A stretch of DNA of 64,000 nucleotides from Octopus vulgaris (GCA_951406725.2 OX597819.1:51584001-51648000), one strand, 5' to 3'; positions 1-13,008 are shown, counted from the first letter of the stretch. Translations and numbers: made by a program. The notes: generated from the letters alone by a model not told the origin.

Positions 1-14
1 CATATATTTATGTC

Positions 15-67
<53 letters not shown>

Positions 68-80
68 GCGTGATTCTGTA

Positions 81-136
<56 letters not shown>

Positions 137-696
137 CGTGCGTGTAGTGTGTAGTGTATGCGCTTGTCTATAATAAAATCATATTTATTGTTATTTAACC
201 TGTCACTGAATGCTGAATGCGTATTTACTCTTTTCAAATGAAAAAAAATAATAATAATAATGATAACTTGTCAATATAAAACATTTCGTATACAAGATGG
301 CACCAACATGAGCTTAGCAATTATGGTGGAAATTCACTAAAGATCGAACGAGAATAAAAGATATGAGTAACGTGTATGATTTGAACCCATACTCCAGTGC
401 TGAACTCTTTTAGCGTACTGCTCTATACTACCGGCTGATTCGATAAATTCAACCTGAACTCAGTACTGCTGGGTAAAATTTAAAATAATATCTTGTGGTA
501 TAATTGTTTCAAATCTCGACTCAGGGGCACCAAATTCTAAGGAAGGAGGGTTAATCAACAACATTTACCCCCTGGTAAGTTGTTTTATCCATCCACAAAA
601 CTATGCTAAACAAAGCTGACTTAGGTGGGAACTAAATTCAGAACACAAAAAACCGGAACGAATATTGCCACGCAATACTATTCCAACACTCTAATA

Positions 697-1537
697 CAGG
701 GATGCCCAACCTTTTTTTTTTATCTATGAACCCCTTTGATTACAATTTTATTCTGGTGCACCCTCATAGGCATTCCATATTTAAAAACTAGCTTTATTGA
801 ATCTTTTTTCAAAATTTTTACACATTAACTTGTGTAGGTTGAACTATGTAAAATGTTGGAGAAAAGAAACCAAGCTGTTTCTTGCAATTCATATTAATAC
901 ATATATTTAGAGCAAAATATTTTTAGGCACCCTTAAAATACATTTTTAGTAGCTTTAAGATTTCAGTGATGTAATACTCTCTCTCTCTCTTTAACTAATT
1001 TCAGTCATCTGACTGCTGTCATGCTGGAGCACCACCTTTAATCGAACAAATCGACCCCAGGATTTATACTTTGTAAGCCTAGTACTTATTCTATCGGTCT
1101 CTTTTGCCGAACCGCTCAATTACGGGGACGTAAACACACCACCATCGGTTGTAAGGCGATGGTGGGAGAACAAACAGAGACACACAAACATATACACACA
1201 TACATATTTATACATATATACGACGGGCTTCCTTCAGTTTCCGTCTCCCAAATCCACTCACACGTCTTTGGTCGGCCTGAGGCTATAGTAGAAGGCACAT
1301 GCCCAAGGTGCCACGCAGTGGGAATGAACCCAGAACCATGTGGTTGGTAAGCAAGGTACTTATCACACAGCCACTCCTGCGCCTTTGAAAATGATATTGT
1401 AGGGTAAGTGTGAGAGGCTGGATTTGGCTGGTTTAAATAGAGGGTTGAGAGACTACAATTTACTATTTTGTTGTACGGACCCTCAAAATCTTATATGGGC
1501 CCTCAGGGGTCATATGGGTCCCGGTCGAGAACAACTG
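697..1537. mobile_element. Non-autonomous hAT (Charlie-like) DNA transposon, interrupted by later insertions
   Basis: Termini cagggatgcccaacc ... ggtcgagaacaactg resemble CAGtggttctcaacc-type TIRs; flanked by an 8-bp target site duplication ctctaata (689-696) / ctctaatg (1538-1545). Confidence 0.75.
995..1383 (-). mobile_element. tRNA-derived SINE family A, full length
   Basis: Minus strand: ggcgcaggagtggctgtgtg head with A/B boxes, ccttgggca...tgccttctactatagcc body, internal (TA/TG) tract, ggtggtgctccagcatgacagcagtcagatgactgaaa tail; many copies in window. Confidence 0.9.
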
Positions 1538-1589
1538 CTCTAATGATATGATTCTGCGAGCTCACCGCTATGCTTCATGGCATAATCAT

Positions 1590-2010
1590 TTCTTCTATGA
1601 GTACAAACCCTGACATTTTTGTAGGAGTGGGGCAGTTGATCACAATACTCAACTGGTACTTGATTTATCGACTCCGAAAGTATGAAAGTTAAAGTTGACC
1701 TCGGCGAAATTTGAACTAAGAATCGTAAAAGCAGACTAAATGCCGCTAAGCTTTTTTATTCGGTGTGCTAACGATTCCGCCAGATCGTCGCATTGGTTTC
1801 AAATTTTGGCACAAGACCACCAAGTGCTGCTGAGGGTGTAAGTCGATTACATCGACCCCGGTGATCAACTGGTACTTATTTTATCGACCCCGAAAGTATA
1901 AAAGGTAAAGTGGACCTCGGTGGCATTTGAATTCAGGAGTTCAAGTCGGAAGAAATGCCGCTAAGCGTTTTAGTCCGGTGTAGTAACGATTTTGCCAGCT
2001 CAATGCCTTA
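1590..2010 (-). mobile_element. Two degenerate SINE family B copies
   Basis: aactggtacttattttatcgaccccgaaag...gacctcgg...atttgaactcag...gctaagc...aacgatt blocks matching the reverse complement of 2040-2260. Confidence 0.85.
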
Positions 2011-2039
2011 TTTAATGGGATAATTCTAAGAATAGGAAA

Positions 2040-2459
2040 GGCGGCGAGCTGGCAGAATCGTTAGCACGCCGGGCGAAATGCTTAGCGGTATTTCGTCTGC
2101 TGCTGCGTTTTGAGTTCAAATTCCGCCGCGGTCGACTTTGCCTTTCATCCTTTCGGGCTCTATAAATTAAGCACTAGTTACGCACTGGGGTCGATGTAAT
2201 CGACTTGGTCCGTTTGTCTGTCCTTGTTTGTCCCCTCTGTGTTTAGCCCATTGAGGGTAGAAAAAAGAATCAGGTATTTCGTCAGACACTACGTTCTGAG
2301 TTCAAATTCCGACGAGGTTGACGTTGCCTTTCATCCTTTTCGGGGTCGATTAAATAAGTACCAGTTACGCACTGGGGTCGATGCATTCAACTTAATCCGT
2401 TTGTCTGTCCTTGCTTGTCCCTTCTATGTTTAGCCACCTGTGGACAATAAAGAAATAAA
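2040..2459 (+). mobile_element. tRNA-derived SINE family B with duplicated 3' module
   Basis: ggcggcgagctggcagaatcgttagc head, B box gagttcaaattcc, central gtcgactttgcctttcatcctttcggggtcgataaa..aagtaccag (resembles the Meta/Sauria SINE domain), tail ...aaagaaata; B-box-to-tail module present twice. Confidence 0.9.
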
Positions 2460-2963
2460 TACTAAGAATATGAACAATGAATGCAACAAAGCAAATCGGG
2501 TTACATTCTATTTTCGTTTTACACTGGAATCGTGCATTAAAATAAATAAATTAATAGAATTCTTCAATTCTTAGATTTTAAATATTTTCTAGATTAAAAA
2601 CAGGAGTGACAACTAATGCAATAGATCTTACTGTATCTCAATCGCCATCTTTATTTCTGCTATTTGCTTTTATCTGGTATTGTTAATAATTGTAGTTTTT
2701 TTTTTTTTTTTTTTTTGAGGGGTTTTCATTTCCGAAATTGTTTTGTACTGGGTTCTTTTCGTGTCTTTTCCATTCTTGTTTTTTCTGGGTTTTTTCTGAG
2801 AATTTATTTTATTTTAGCTATTTTTATTTAATTTTTCTTTTAATAACTCTAGTTTCTTTCTAACGCACCGTATTTAATTTCTTCAAGATTTAATTTCTTC
2901 ATGATTTCTTAAACTGTCAGTTATAATCTACCCGTGCAATGGAAGATCACACACGCACGCACA

Positions 2964-3061
<98 letters not shown>

Positions 3062-3345
3062 CAATTTATCCATACGCAGTTTTCACTGAGTGAAATATAT
3101 TAGTGATGTGTACGTGACTACGACACTTAACGATTGAGAAAATAAGGCGTTGCTACTGTCTAGTCTTGAGTCGTGGGGATGATATCCTGCCCGTTTCAGA
3201 TTGTGGTTCGTATGTAATTGCATATAATGTACATGTGTGCGTGTGTGTATGTGTATATATACATATATTTATGTGTGTGTGTATGTATTTGAAATGTGTA
3301 TATGTATTTGAAATACATATATATATATATACACTCATATATACA

Positions 3346-3414
<69 letters not shown>

Positions 3415-3417
<3 letters not shown>

Positions 3418-4449
3418 ATAAATAAAAATATATGCATACATACAAACATATATGTACGTACCTACATCTACATGTATATATACATGCATATATAAATAAA
3501 TATACGTAAGTACAGGACGCCACAACAAGACGTAGAAACGGGAAAAACAAAAATTTAGCGACAAGTACAGGACAGGCTACACAAGGAAAAATCCAAAAAT
3601 TTTTTACAACAAGAAAACAAGTACAGGACAAGCTACACAAGGAAAAATCCACCGTCATCAGCTGTCGCTAGTTAACTCAGGCGTGTTTCGAAGGCAAGAC
3701 AGGACACTCGTTAACTAGGCCTTCCTGCGAGAGAATTAAAATAAAATTCCAAGCAGCGGGGTAAAACGGATAAGAACACAAACAGGATGTAACAATAAAA
3801 CTACACAATAAAATACAAGATAAAAATACATGTACCAAAAAATACAAGACGAGAAATAAAAAGGAAATACAATACGAGAAATCAAACAAACAAGAGGACA
3901 AATGAGAAAAACCAAACAGACGAAAAAGGCCTTTTTTTGGCTAGACGAAATATGTTGTGTGGCAGCGTAGGGAAGCAAGACTTTTCAGTAGCAGAGGCAG
4001 CGTGCGAAAGAGAGAAAGTTTTTAAGCTGGGAGTGAGAAAGAAGGAAGGAGGAGGGGGACACGCGTCTAAGAGAGAGAAAAGGGGAAGAGTGAGAGGGAG
4101 CGAGGGTGGAGAGAGTAAAGCAAAGGGAGAGAATTGCACGTCTTAAATATTTATATAAAAATTGAATGGAGACAAGAAGTGGAAAGAACCGACAAATCGA
4201 AACGAACCTGACGCGGGGCGCTGTCAGACAATAATGTGATAATTAAAAATATATGCATACATACAAACATATATGTACGTACCTACATCTACATGTATGT
4301 ATATATACATGTAGATGTAGGTACGTACATATATGTTTGTATGTATGCATATATTTTTAATTATAACATTATTGTCTGACAGCGCCCCGCGTCAGGTTCG
4401 TTTCGATTTGTCGGTTCGTTCTTGTCTCCACTTCTTGTCTATCCATTCA
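3415..4449 (-). mobile_element. Non-coding PLE/retrozyme-like element (family E): ~820-bp unit bounded by a direct repeat, followed by an inverted partial copy
   Basis: aaaaatatatgcatacatacaaacatatatgtacgtacctacatctacatgtat at ~3424-3478 and ~4245-4298, inverted copy 4305-4449; related fragments at 50040-50275, 60825-60955, 61380-61877. Class assignment is inference. Confidence 0.55.
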
Positions 4450-4471
4450 TCTATATCTATCTATCTATCTA

Positions 4472-4516
<45 letters not shown>

Positions 4517-4619
4517 ACGAATGGGTGAACAAGCGAAAGAAGAGAACACTCAACACATTCAGTAGAAGTCAGGGACCTGCGAAACTTGAAGTAGCAGAGA
4601 ACCAAATCAGACTGCTTTC

Positions 4620-4666
<47 letters not shown>

Positions 4667-5188
4667 AAATGGGACAAGAACGCAAAGCATCCATATAAAC
4701 GACACAAAGAAAACAAGGACAGGTCATTCGGAGTTTTCTTTCCTCAGTCGAGTTCCAGATTATCTTTGCAATTTCGGTTTTATATAAATATATATATATA
4801 CATACCCGTTTCCAATTGAACGGTTAACTTTCCTCTGTTATATATGGTAAACCATTTCGTTGTATACCTAAGATGTACACTTCTTAGGCGATCTATAGCG
4901 TAGTCTGAGCTTTGAGAAGTTTTGGTAGAGCAACATCATAACGGAGTTATTAAGTAGCTAAATTTTTACATAGATGAAGCTTGTAAGTCTGTTTTTTCTC
5001 GTTTCCTCGATAATAGCGCGAATATTGTGAAATGCTGATCTTGTTTAAGTATTAGTACGCTTGTCTCTTACTATCAGTCTTTAAGCATAAACTTCTCTCT
5101 TTCCCTCTCCACTCTCTCTTTTTCTCTCCCTCTCTCTCTTTCTCGAAGTCTTATTATGGCAACCGAATAATTATTACATATCATATTA

Positions 5189-5245
<57 letters not shown>

Positions 5246-6673
5246 AGAGAGAGAGATAGATGGATAGCTAGCTAGCTAGATAGATACATAGATACATACA
5301 TACATATATACATACATACATACATACATACATACATACATACATACATACATACATACATACATACATAAATGCATACATATATACGTAGGATATGTAT
5401 ATTTCTTTAGCATCACTAAGCGTATATATATGTAATGTCAGTAAGCGTACGTATCAGTCGGGAAAATATGGACGTTATAGAGCCTAACACTGAGTTGTTG
5501 GTTGTCTTTACACCTGTTCCAGGTTATATTTTTGGTCTTACATATGGTTTCCTTCATGTGAAATTGTGCTGTTGAAACACCTGGTCGGCTTTGAATGAAT
5601 AGATCTATTACCGACGGTATTCCAACTATGACCATCCTGCCTTTAAAGATAATGTACCACTGCATTATCCAATGTTTTTTTATTAGTTTTTTCTCATTAT
5701 TTTCTTTAAGCTAATAAGATATGATTCAGTAGAGATTTAACTGCTACTTCTCGCACGTCAAAACAATACACTGATCCTACATCGTGGTACCATTGGTGAT
5801 GCTATTGTTGCTCTTTATGATGCTGTTTTTGCTGCTGTTATTGGTACTGCTCGTGGTGGTACTCCTTTCATTGCAGATGCTGTTACTGTTGGTGACGGTT
5901 CTGCAGCTGGTACTGCTGATGCTGCTGTTGATGCTGCTAAGTGGCTAGTATTTCAGTTGAATCTTCTCTCACAGCAACTGCAACTTTTTAACACGATATA
6001 AGACATTATATAACGTTACCTTTCCTTGTTTAACACAATAGACTGCATTTCGAGTGTGATTTGATTGCTATTTCTAGAAAGTCGAGCGACTACATCAAGA
6101 GTGCCTCGTGATGCCATAACATTACTGTTCTTCTTATTGCTGTTGTTGTTGATGCTCCCGTTGTTGATGTGAGGGAGTATTTATACTTACACCAGATCGA
6201 TGACGCCAAGCATCTTGTTTCTAAATTATAAATATTATTCTACAACAACATTTTGACTATATAAATATGTTATAAACATTGAAGAGGTCTTCATATATTA
6301 AATTATTTGTTTATTATGTTGTATGGTGTTCGAACTAATTTACTCAATCGCTTTATTTTTATTTATTTATTTTTTTTTTTTACTAATGTATTCCTTTATA
6401 TTGCCTCTCCTTCGCTTCTTTTTTCCTCCATTGTTCGCTTTTTTGTTTTCCAACCCTTTTGTTCTCTTTCCTCCCTTCTTTCGTCTTTAGGTCATTTTCG
6501 TTTCTTTTCCTCTTGCCTTATTTTATTCCCCGTTATATTTTCCTTTATTTCTATTATCCTTTATTCGTTGTTTCTTTGTTTCATATTTCTCTCCTTCTTC
6601 GTATCAATCTTTATATTCATTTCATTCCCCCTCTTTATCTCATTCCCTCTTCATTGCTCGCCTTTATATTTAA

Positions 6674-7191
6674 CTAGCAGTATCGCCCGGCGTTGCTCGG
6701 GTTTGTAAGGGAAATAACTATATAAGCATTTTTAGAGAGTTACTTCCTTTATAGATGCCAATTCGGGCTTTCTTAGCCATTTCTGTTTTGGTGTCTTCAA
6801 GCCATGAAGTCGTTGTTCTAAAAGAACGCTGGTCTCCTTGACAACGCATTACGACGTTGATTTCCTTAAACTCCCTTCCCCACAGCTTCACGAGGGAGGG
6901 AAGAAGGGGGAGAAGCAAACACAGGTGCAGGTGTTTGAGCGTGGACGCCAACTCCGCCGCCATCGACACACGAAAAATTATGCATTAAAATGGAATAAAA
7001 AATTATGTTAAATTATTTTTAAAATCATAGACTCATCGTAGACGCGCGCTAATAGCCAGACGGGCTTGATATTAATCACGACTATAAGATACCCGAATTT
7101 GGTTAAACTGCACCGCAAAATTGGGAGGAGTTAGGAATCTAAATCGTAGGAGACAGACACTCACACAACTACAGTTTTATATATATAGAGA
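6674..7191 (-). mobile_element. Non-autonomous Helitron
   Basis: Minus strand begins TCtctatatatataaaac and ends cccgagcaacgccgggcgatactgCTAG (GC hairpin just upstream of CTAG); inserted between A and T with no TSD. Confidence 0.85.
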
Positions 7192-7359
7192 TTTCTTCCT
7201 TTTTCTCCCATATTTATCTCTTTCAGTTTTCCTTTATATCTTTCATGCACTGGAATATTGTTATATTTCCTTCTTATTTTTCCCTCATTCATTTTCTCAT
7301 TGTCTTTATTTCCTCCTTTATTTCAGTTTCTATTTCACAGATTTCTAGTTCATATTTTC

Positions 7360-7560
7360 TAGCAGAATCATTAACGTGTCAAAAAATGCCTTGCTGTATT
7401 TTTTCTGCTGCTTTACGTTCTGAATTGAAAGCCCGCTGAGTACAGCTGTGCCTTTCATTGTTCCAGGGTCGACAAAATAAAGTACCAGTTACGTACGAAG
7501 TCGATTTAATCGACGAACACGCCTTCTTGTCAGATTTAAAGCCTTGTGTCTACGATAGAA
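7360..7560 (+). mobile_element. Degenerate SINE family B (a further minus-strand copy at ~8060-8240)
   Basis: agcagaatcattaacg...tacgttctgaattgaaa...gcctttcattgttccagggtcgacaaaataaagtaccagttacg. Confidence 0.75.
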
Positions 7561-8673
7561 GCAGTTCTATAACTGTTATTAGTATTACGGCTTTTGTTTT
7601 CTGTTTCCTCCCTCGTCTTGCAATCATCTGTGTCATCATTCTATCGCGTCTTTTTGTGGTTCATCAATGTTCTTTTTCAACGGAACCAGCAATAACCATT
7701 TGGATTACAATAACTGAAGCTGTTTATTCCACTACTATTGAAGGTAGCCAAGGCAGACACTCTGTAGAGGTCGTCCGATTTGCTCAAAATTGCAGCAAAA
7801 TCTTCCTCAAGTACCACGAAGTGTCCTATTAAAGGACATGTTATAATATGTGTCCTTGAGTTTTCTCTATACATAAGAGAATACTGGCTGGATGACTTTC
7901 ACTTTCAGTCTTATCTCTTAAGGATGACCTGTTGCTAATCAACAGTACAAAGAACCATAACGATGATAATAATTCTTTCTAATCTTCGTACAAGGCCAGA
8001 AATTCCATTATGCATTTTGTTCGATTCGCTGATGACCAATTATATTTATAATATTTCGAAATTTTGGCACAAGACCAGCAATTTTTGGTGGCGGGGGGGG
8101 CGGTGTTGTCGATTACATCCACTCTAGCAATCAACTGGTACTAATTATATCGACCCCGAGAGGAAAAAAATCAATGTCAACCTCGGTAGAATTTGAACTC
8201 AGAACGTAAAGACAGACCGAAATGCTGCCCGGCGTGGTAATGATTAATAACAACAAAACAACAAAAAATAAGTGTTCCTCCTACCAGCTCCTCTCATCAT
8301 TGACACATTCCCCAAAACCACATGCGCTATCACTCTCACTACCATCATCACTACACACTGCTATCATGCCGGACATCATTCTTGCCCTCACTTCGATTGT
8401 TGTAGTCTAGTCATTCTGATGCATCATGAATGTAATAGCTTCAATCCTATCCTGACTTCATGCAAGACTATCGCTTCCCTCAACGCCTCTGGCCAACGTT
8501 GTTCAACATGACTCGGTCAATATTACACCCGGCCTGACGCCGATACAGTTGTTATCAGACAAACAAAAACTACAGATAACGAAAACGTCTCCACCCAGAA
8601 AACAAATCGAGAAGAACGTCATATATGTGTGTGTATGTGTGTATTATAAATGTATTATATATGTGTGCATGTG

Positions 8674-8740
<67 letters not shown>

Positions 8741-8742
<2 letters not shown>

Positions 8743-8828
8743 ACTTTCTCTATTCCTGAGCGTTATACTAATACATCTGTTTGTTTTGTACACCACCTGT
8801 CTCCGTCGTTTATTTTTTCGTAAATTCT

Positions 8829-8832
<4 letters not shown>
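8741..8832 (+). mobile_element. 3' fragment of HHR-bearing mini-element (family P) between (TA)n tracts
   Basis: agactttctctattcctgagcgttatactaatacatctgtttgttttgtacaccacctgtc nearly identical to 39334-39425. Confidence 0.8.
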
Positions 8833-8883
<51 letters not shown>

Positions 8884-8885
<2 letters not shown>

Positions 8886-8984
8886 CGCAGGAGTGGTTGT
8901 GTGGTAAGTAGCTTGCTTACCAACCACATTGTTCCAGCTTCAGTCCCACTGTGTGGCACCTTGCACATGTGTCTTTTACTATAG

Positions 8985-9064
<80 letters not shown>

Positions 9065-9288
9065 TGTATGTATGTATGTATGTGTGTGTCCCACCAACAT
9101 CGCTTGACAACCGATGCTCGTGTGTTTACGTCCCCATAACTTAGCGGTTCGACAAAAGGGACCGATAGAATAAGTACTAGGCTTACAAAGAATAAATCCT
9201 GGGGTCGATTTGCTCGACTAAATGCGATGCTCCAGCATGGCCACAGTCAAAATGATTGAAACAAGTAAAAGAGTAAAAGAGTAAAGAG
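8884..9288 (+). mobile_element. SINE family A with internal (TA)n/(TATG)n expansion
   Basis: Head ggcgcaggagtggttgtgtggtaagtagc at 8884; tail ...ctccagcatggccacagtcaaaatgattgaaacaagtaaaagagtaaaagag. Confidence 0.9.
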
Positions 9289-9480
9289 AAAATATATATA
9301 TATATACATACACATATATATATGTGTGTATGAGTGTGTGTGTGTGTGTGTGTGTAAATATATATATATATAATTACACATATACATAAGTGTGTATGTG
9401 CGTGTGTGTGTATCTGTACGCGAGCGCGTGTTTGTGTGTGTGTGTATACATATGTATATATCTATACTTATATATATTTA

Positions 9481-9550
<70 letters not shown>

Positions 9551-9918
9551 TACATAAATACACTCACATGCACATACACGCATACGTGTGTGTGTCTGTG
9601 TGTAAACAAATTAGATTCCTCATCAGGAATTCCATACTAATATGAATCATTACAATCAACAAAAATATGCAAATACCTTTCGTAGCCCAGACGTTCACAT
9701 CTGGGCTACGAAAGGTCTTTACTTGTAATCATTCATACCAGTATGTAATTCCTGATGAAATGTAAATTATTATATTTCATGAAGAGTTTCTTTTTCTTTG
9801 TCTTTGGAATTAATTAGACTCCGAAACAATTTAAAGAATGTATATTGGTTCTGTACCAACTTGGATTTGAATTGGATTAAAGTTCGTCTATAGTTGCAAT
9901 TTTTTCCTTTCATTATAC

Positions 9919-9955
<37 letters not shown>

Positions 9956-10269
9956 CGTACATTTAAACACATAAGAGATGGCCATAACTCGCTAGAAAGA
10001 GTAGTTAAACTACAAACCACAAATAGTTGTAATTTTGAAAGGGAATGAAAAATAAAAACATTTACCCTAATGTTTTATTATTTTCATTCCCTTTCAAATT
10101 TACTACTATTAGTAGTTTGAGTCAGATGTCTTGTTATGACCATCTCTTATGTGTTTAAATGTACGCTGTATTTTTATATGAATAATATATAGTCTATTGA
10201 CTAGTTTTTCTTCTCGCTAGACCACTGGTAGCAAGGAATTTTTCTAAATTTTTTTTTTGCTACCCTAAG

Positions 10270-10306
<37 letters not shown>

Positions 10307-10308
10307 CA

Positions 10309-10515
10309 TACGAGGCGGTGCTGGGTTCATAGTATCACGAAAGGCCTGTTAGAGGCGCAAACGTTCCAAGTTCTTTTACAGGACTTAGAAAAACTGAAGA
10401 TTCGCTGCAATAAGTGTGTGAATCAGAGAGGCCAATACGCTGAATGAAATCATAATTAACTGACCCTCCTATATTTTCTTTTACCCAAAGCCAAAATGTG
10501 TGAGATCCTTGGTAC
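10309..10515 (+). mobile_element. Mariner-derived MITE
   Basis: TA-flanked; retains a decayed mariner transposase C-terminus (GLRKTEDSL/CNKCVNQRGQYAE*); homologous to 63004-63221. Confidence 0.7.
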
Positions 10516-11200
10516 AAATATGTATATGTATATTCATTATCATCTGGGCAATAACCTCAAAACGTGCATTTAAAAGCTTCCATACGGTTATCGGCTACCA
10601 TATACCATCATACGTTTACAGGATATACACATGGAAATCCATTTGTGTACGCAGAAATTTATATACACATTTATAAAAATTTCTAGTTCTCTCCCTCTTT
10701 TTGCTTTATATATATATATTAATAAATTTCAGGGTAGTAAAATATTATTTAGAAATTTTTTACCACCGTGGCCTAGCGAGTAGAAAAACTAGTCAACAGA
10801 CTATATATTATTCATTATATATACTGTGTAACTGTGTACATTTAAACACATATGAGATGGCCATAATCGGACATCTAAACCGCTAGAAGGAGTAGTTAAA
10901 ATCCAAAACCTAATTGTGGTTTGGATTTTAACTACTCCTTCTAGCGGTTTAGATGTCCAATTATGGCCACCCCTTATGTTTAAATGTACACTATATATAT
11001 ATATATTTCGTTTTTGGATTTGGTTTGCAAGATTCTTTATGTGAGTTCATGTCTTGAAGCATATTCTTTTGTGTCTGGGGAGAGTCATTTTCTTTTTGTG
11101 CCTTATAATTTAACACACTCACCGGTAAAATTTTACTGGTGAGTGTGTTAAATTATAAGGCACAAAAAGAAAATGACTCTCCCCAGACACAACATATATA

Positions 11201-11253
<53 letters not shown>

Positions 11254-11474
11254 GGACTCCTTCGTCGCTAGACGACGTATGAGGGTTTCCGACAATCTCT
11301 TACGGAACAACCACACTGATGATTTGTTTATAGGGATAAACTATTTGTGTACATATATGATCACTCCTTCTATCAAATCGACGTTACCTGTGCAGGTGCA
11401 GTGGCTGCCACATGTGAAGAGCACAACGCCACGCCCCGTCTGGGAATCGAATCCACTTCTCGCAATCTCGTATA

Positions 11475-11506
<32 letters not shown>

Positions 11507-12009
11507 TGTGCGAGCGCGCGTGCGTGTGTATGTGTCTTTGTGTGTATATACGTACGTATGTATGTATGTGTATATGTATATATGTATGTATATATTTGAA
11601 TATACCTCGACGCTGCAACAGTGCGAGACCTATTTAGTATTTCTTACTCATTAAATAAACCAGAAACAACAATGCAAATATTTTCACACCAACTGAAAGA
11701 ATGTATGCGATGTCAGTCATTTACGAATTGTCATAGCCTTGAGTCGAAGTTCACGTTTCATGGGTGGAGTTCTAGGTCCCGATCCAACAAGTGTAACACG
11801 TATGCAGGTTCAAAGAGATTTTACCCCCAACCCTTACACACCTGCTATCGATCCTCCTCATACAGATTTCAGTCACTCATCCGTCTAAGCAGCGCTGCGT
11901 TCGCCAGCCGACTGACCCAGACACAATAACGTGTTGACGCCGTACTCACGCTATCCGCCATTTGTTTTGGCTATTTCTCTTTATTAAGATGCTCTATTCT
12001 GCTTATATA

Positions 12010-12600
12010 GGCACAGACATGGCTGTATGGTAATAAACTTGCTTTCCAACCACATGGTTGCGAGTTCAGTTCCACTGCGTGGCACCTTGAGCAAGTGTCT
12101 TCTACTATAGCCTCGGGCCGACCAAAGCCTTGTGAGTGGATTTGGTAGACGGAAACTGAAAATGTCCGTCGTATATATGTATGTATGTGTGTGCGTATGT
12201 TTGTGTCTGTGTTTGTTCCCCTAGCATTTCTTGACAACCGATGCTGGTGCGTTTATGTCCCGTCACTTCGCGTTTCGACAAAAGAGACCGATAGAATAAG
12301 TACTAGGCTTACAAAGAATAAGTCCCGGGGTCGATTTGCTCGACAAAAGGTGGTGTTCCAGCATAGCCGCAGTCAAAAATGACTGAAACAAGTAAAAAGA
12401 ATAAAAAAAAGTATAGCCTCGGGCCTACCAAAGCCTTGGTTGCTTATATACATATGAGTGTATATATTGTCCACCTGTTATCGCTAGGCTTACAAAGAAT
12501 AAATCCTGGGGTTGATTTCTTTGACTAAAACCCTTTAAGGCAGTGCTCCGGCATCACCGTAGTCAAGTGACTGAAACAAGCAAAACAATTAAACAATAAA
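12010..12600 (+). mobile_element. SINE family A, full copy plus partial second copy
   Basis: ggcacagacatggctgtatggtaataaacttgc...ccttgagcaagtgtcttctactatagcctcgggccgaccaaagcc...cagcatagccgcagtcaaaaatgactgaaacaagt. Confidence 0.9.
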
Positions 12601-12884
12601 AGTGTATATTCGTGTTTCCACACATTTAAAGACAAGAGAGAGCATTGTGTGAGATATTGAATTGAACAGCATCGATTAACTGAAATTACTCGAGTAATTA
12701 ATTTGTTGACGAGAACTTCCTCTAAACAAAACTAATGTCTAAAAAGAGGCTGGAGAGTTAAATAAAATCGACTGATAGAATATTTTCAGCGATATGGAAT
12801 ATGTTGATTAAAGGAGCAGCGATGTTTCTGTCTTATTATAACTCTTTAGCAAAGTACACACGTACACATACGCACGCACACACA

Positions 12885-12953
<69 letters not shown>

Positions 12954-13008
12954 GTATGTATGTATATATATGTATGTATGTATGTATGTATATGTATATG
13001 TATATATA

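Noticed and set aside
11314-11345. CTGATGA followed by a small hairpin (also 16259)
   Set aside because: No correctly placed GAAA, stem III or stem I; expected by chance
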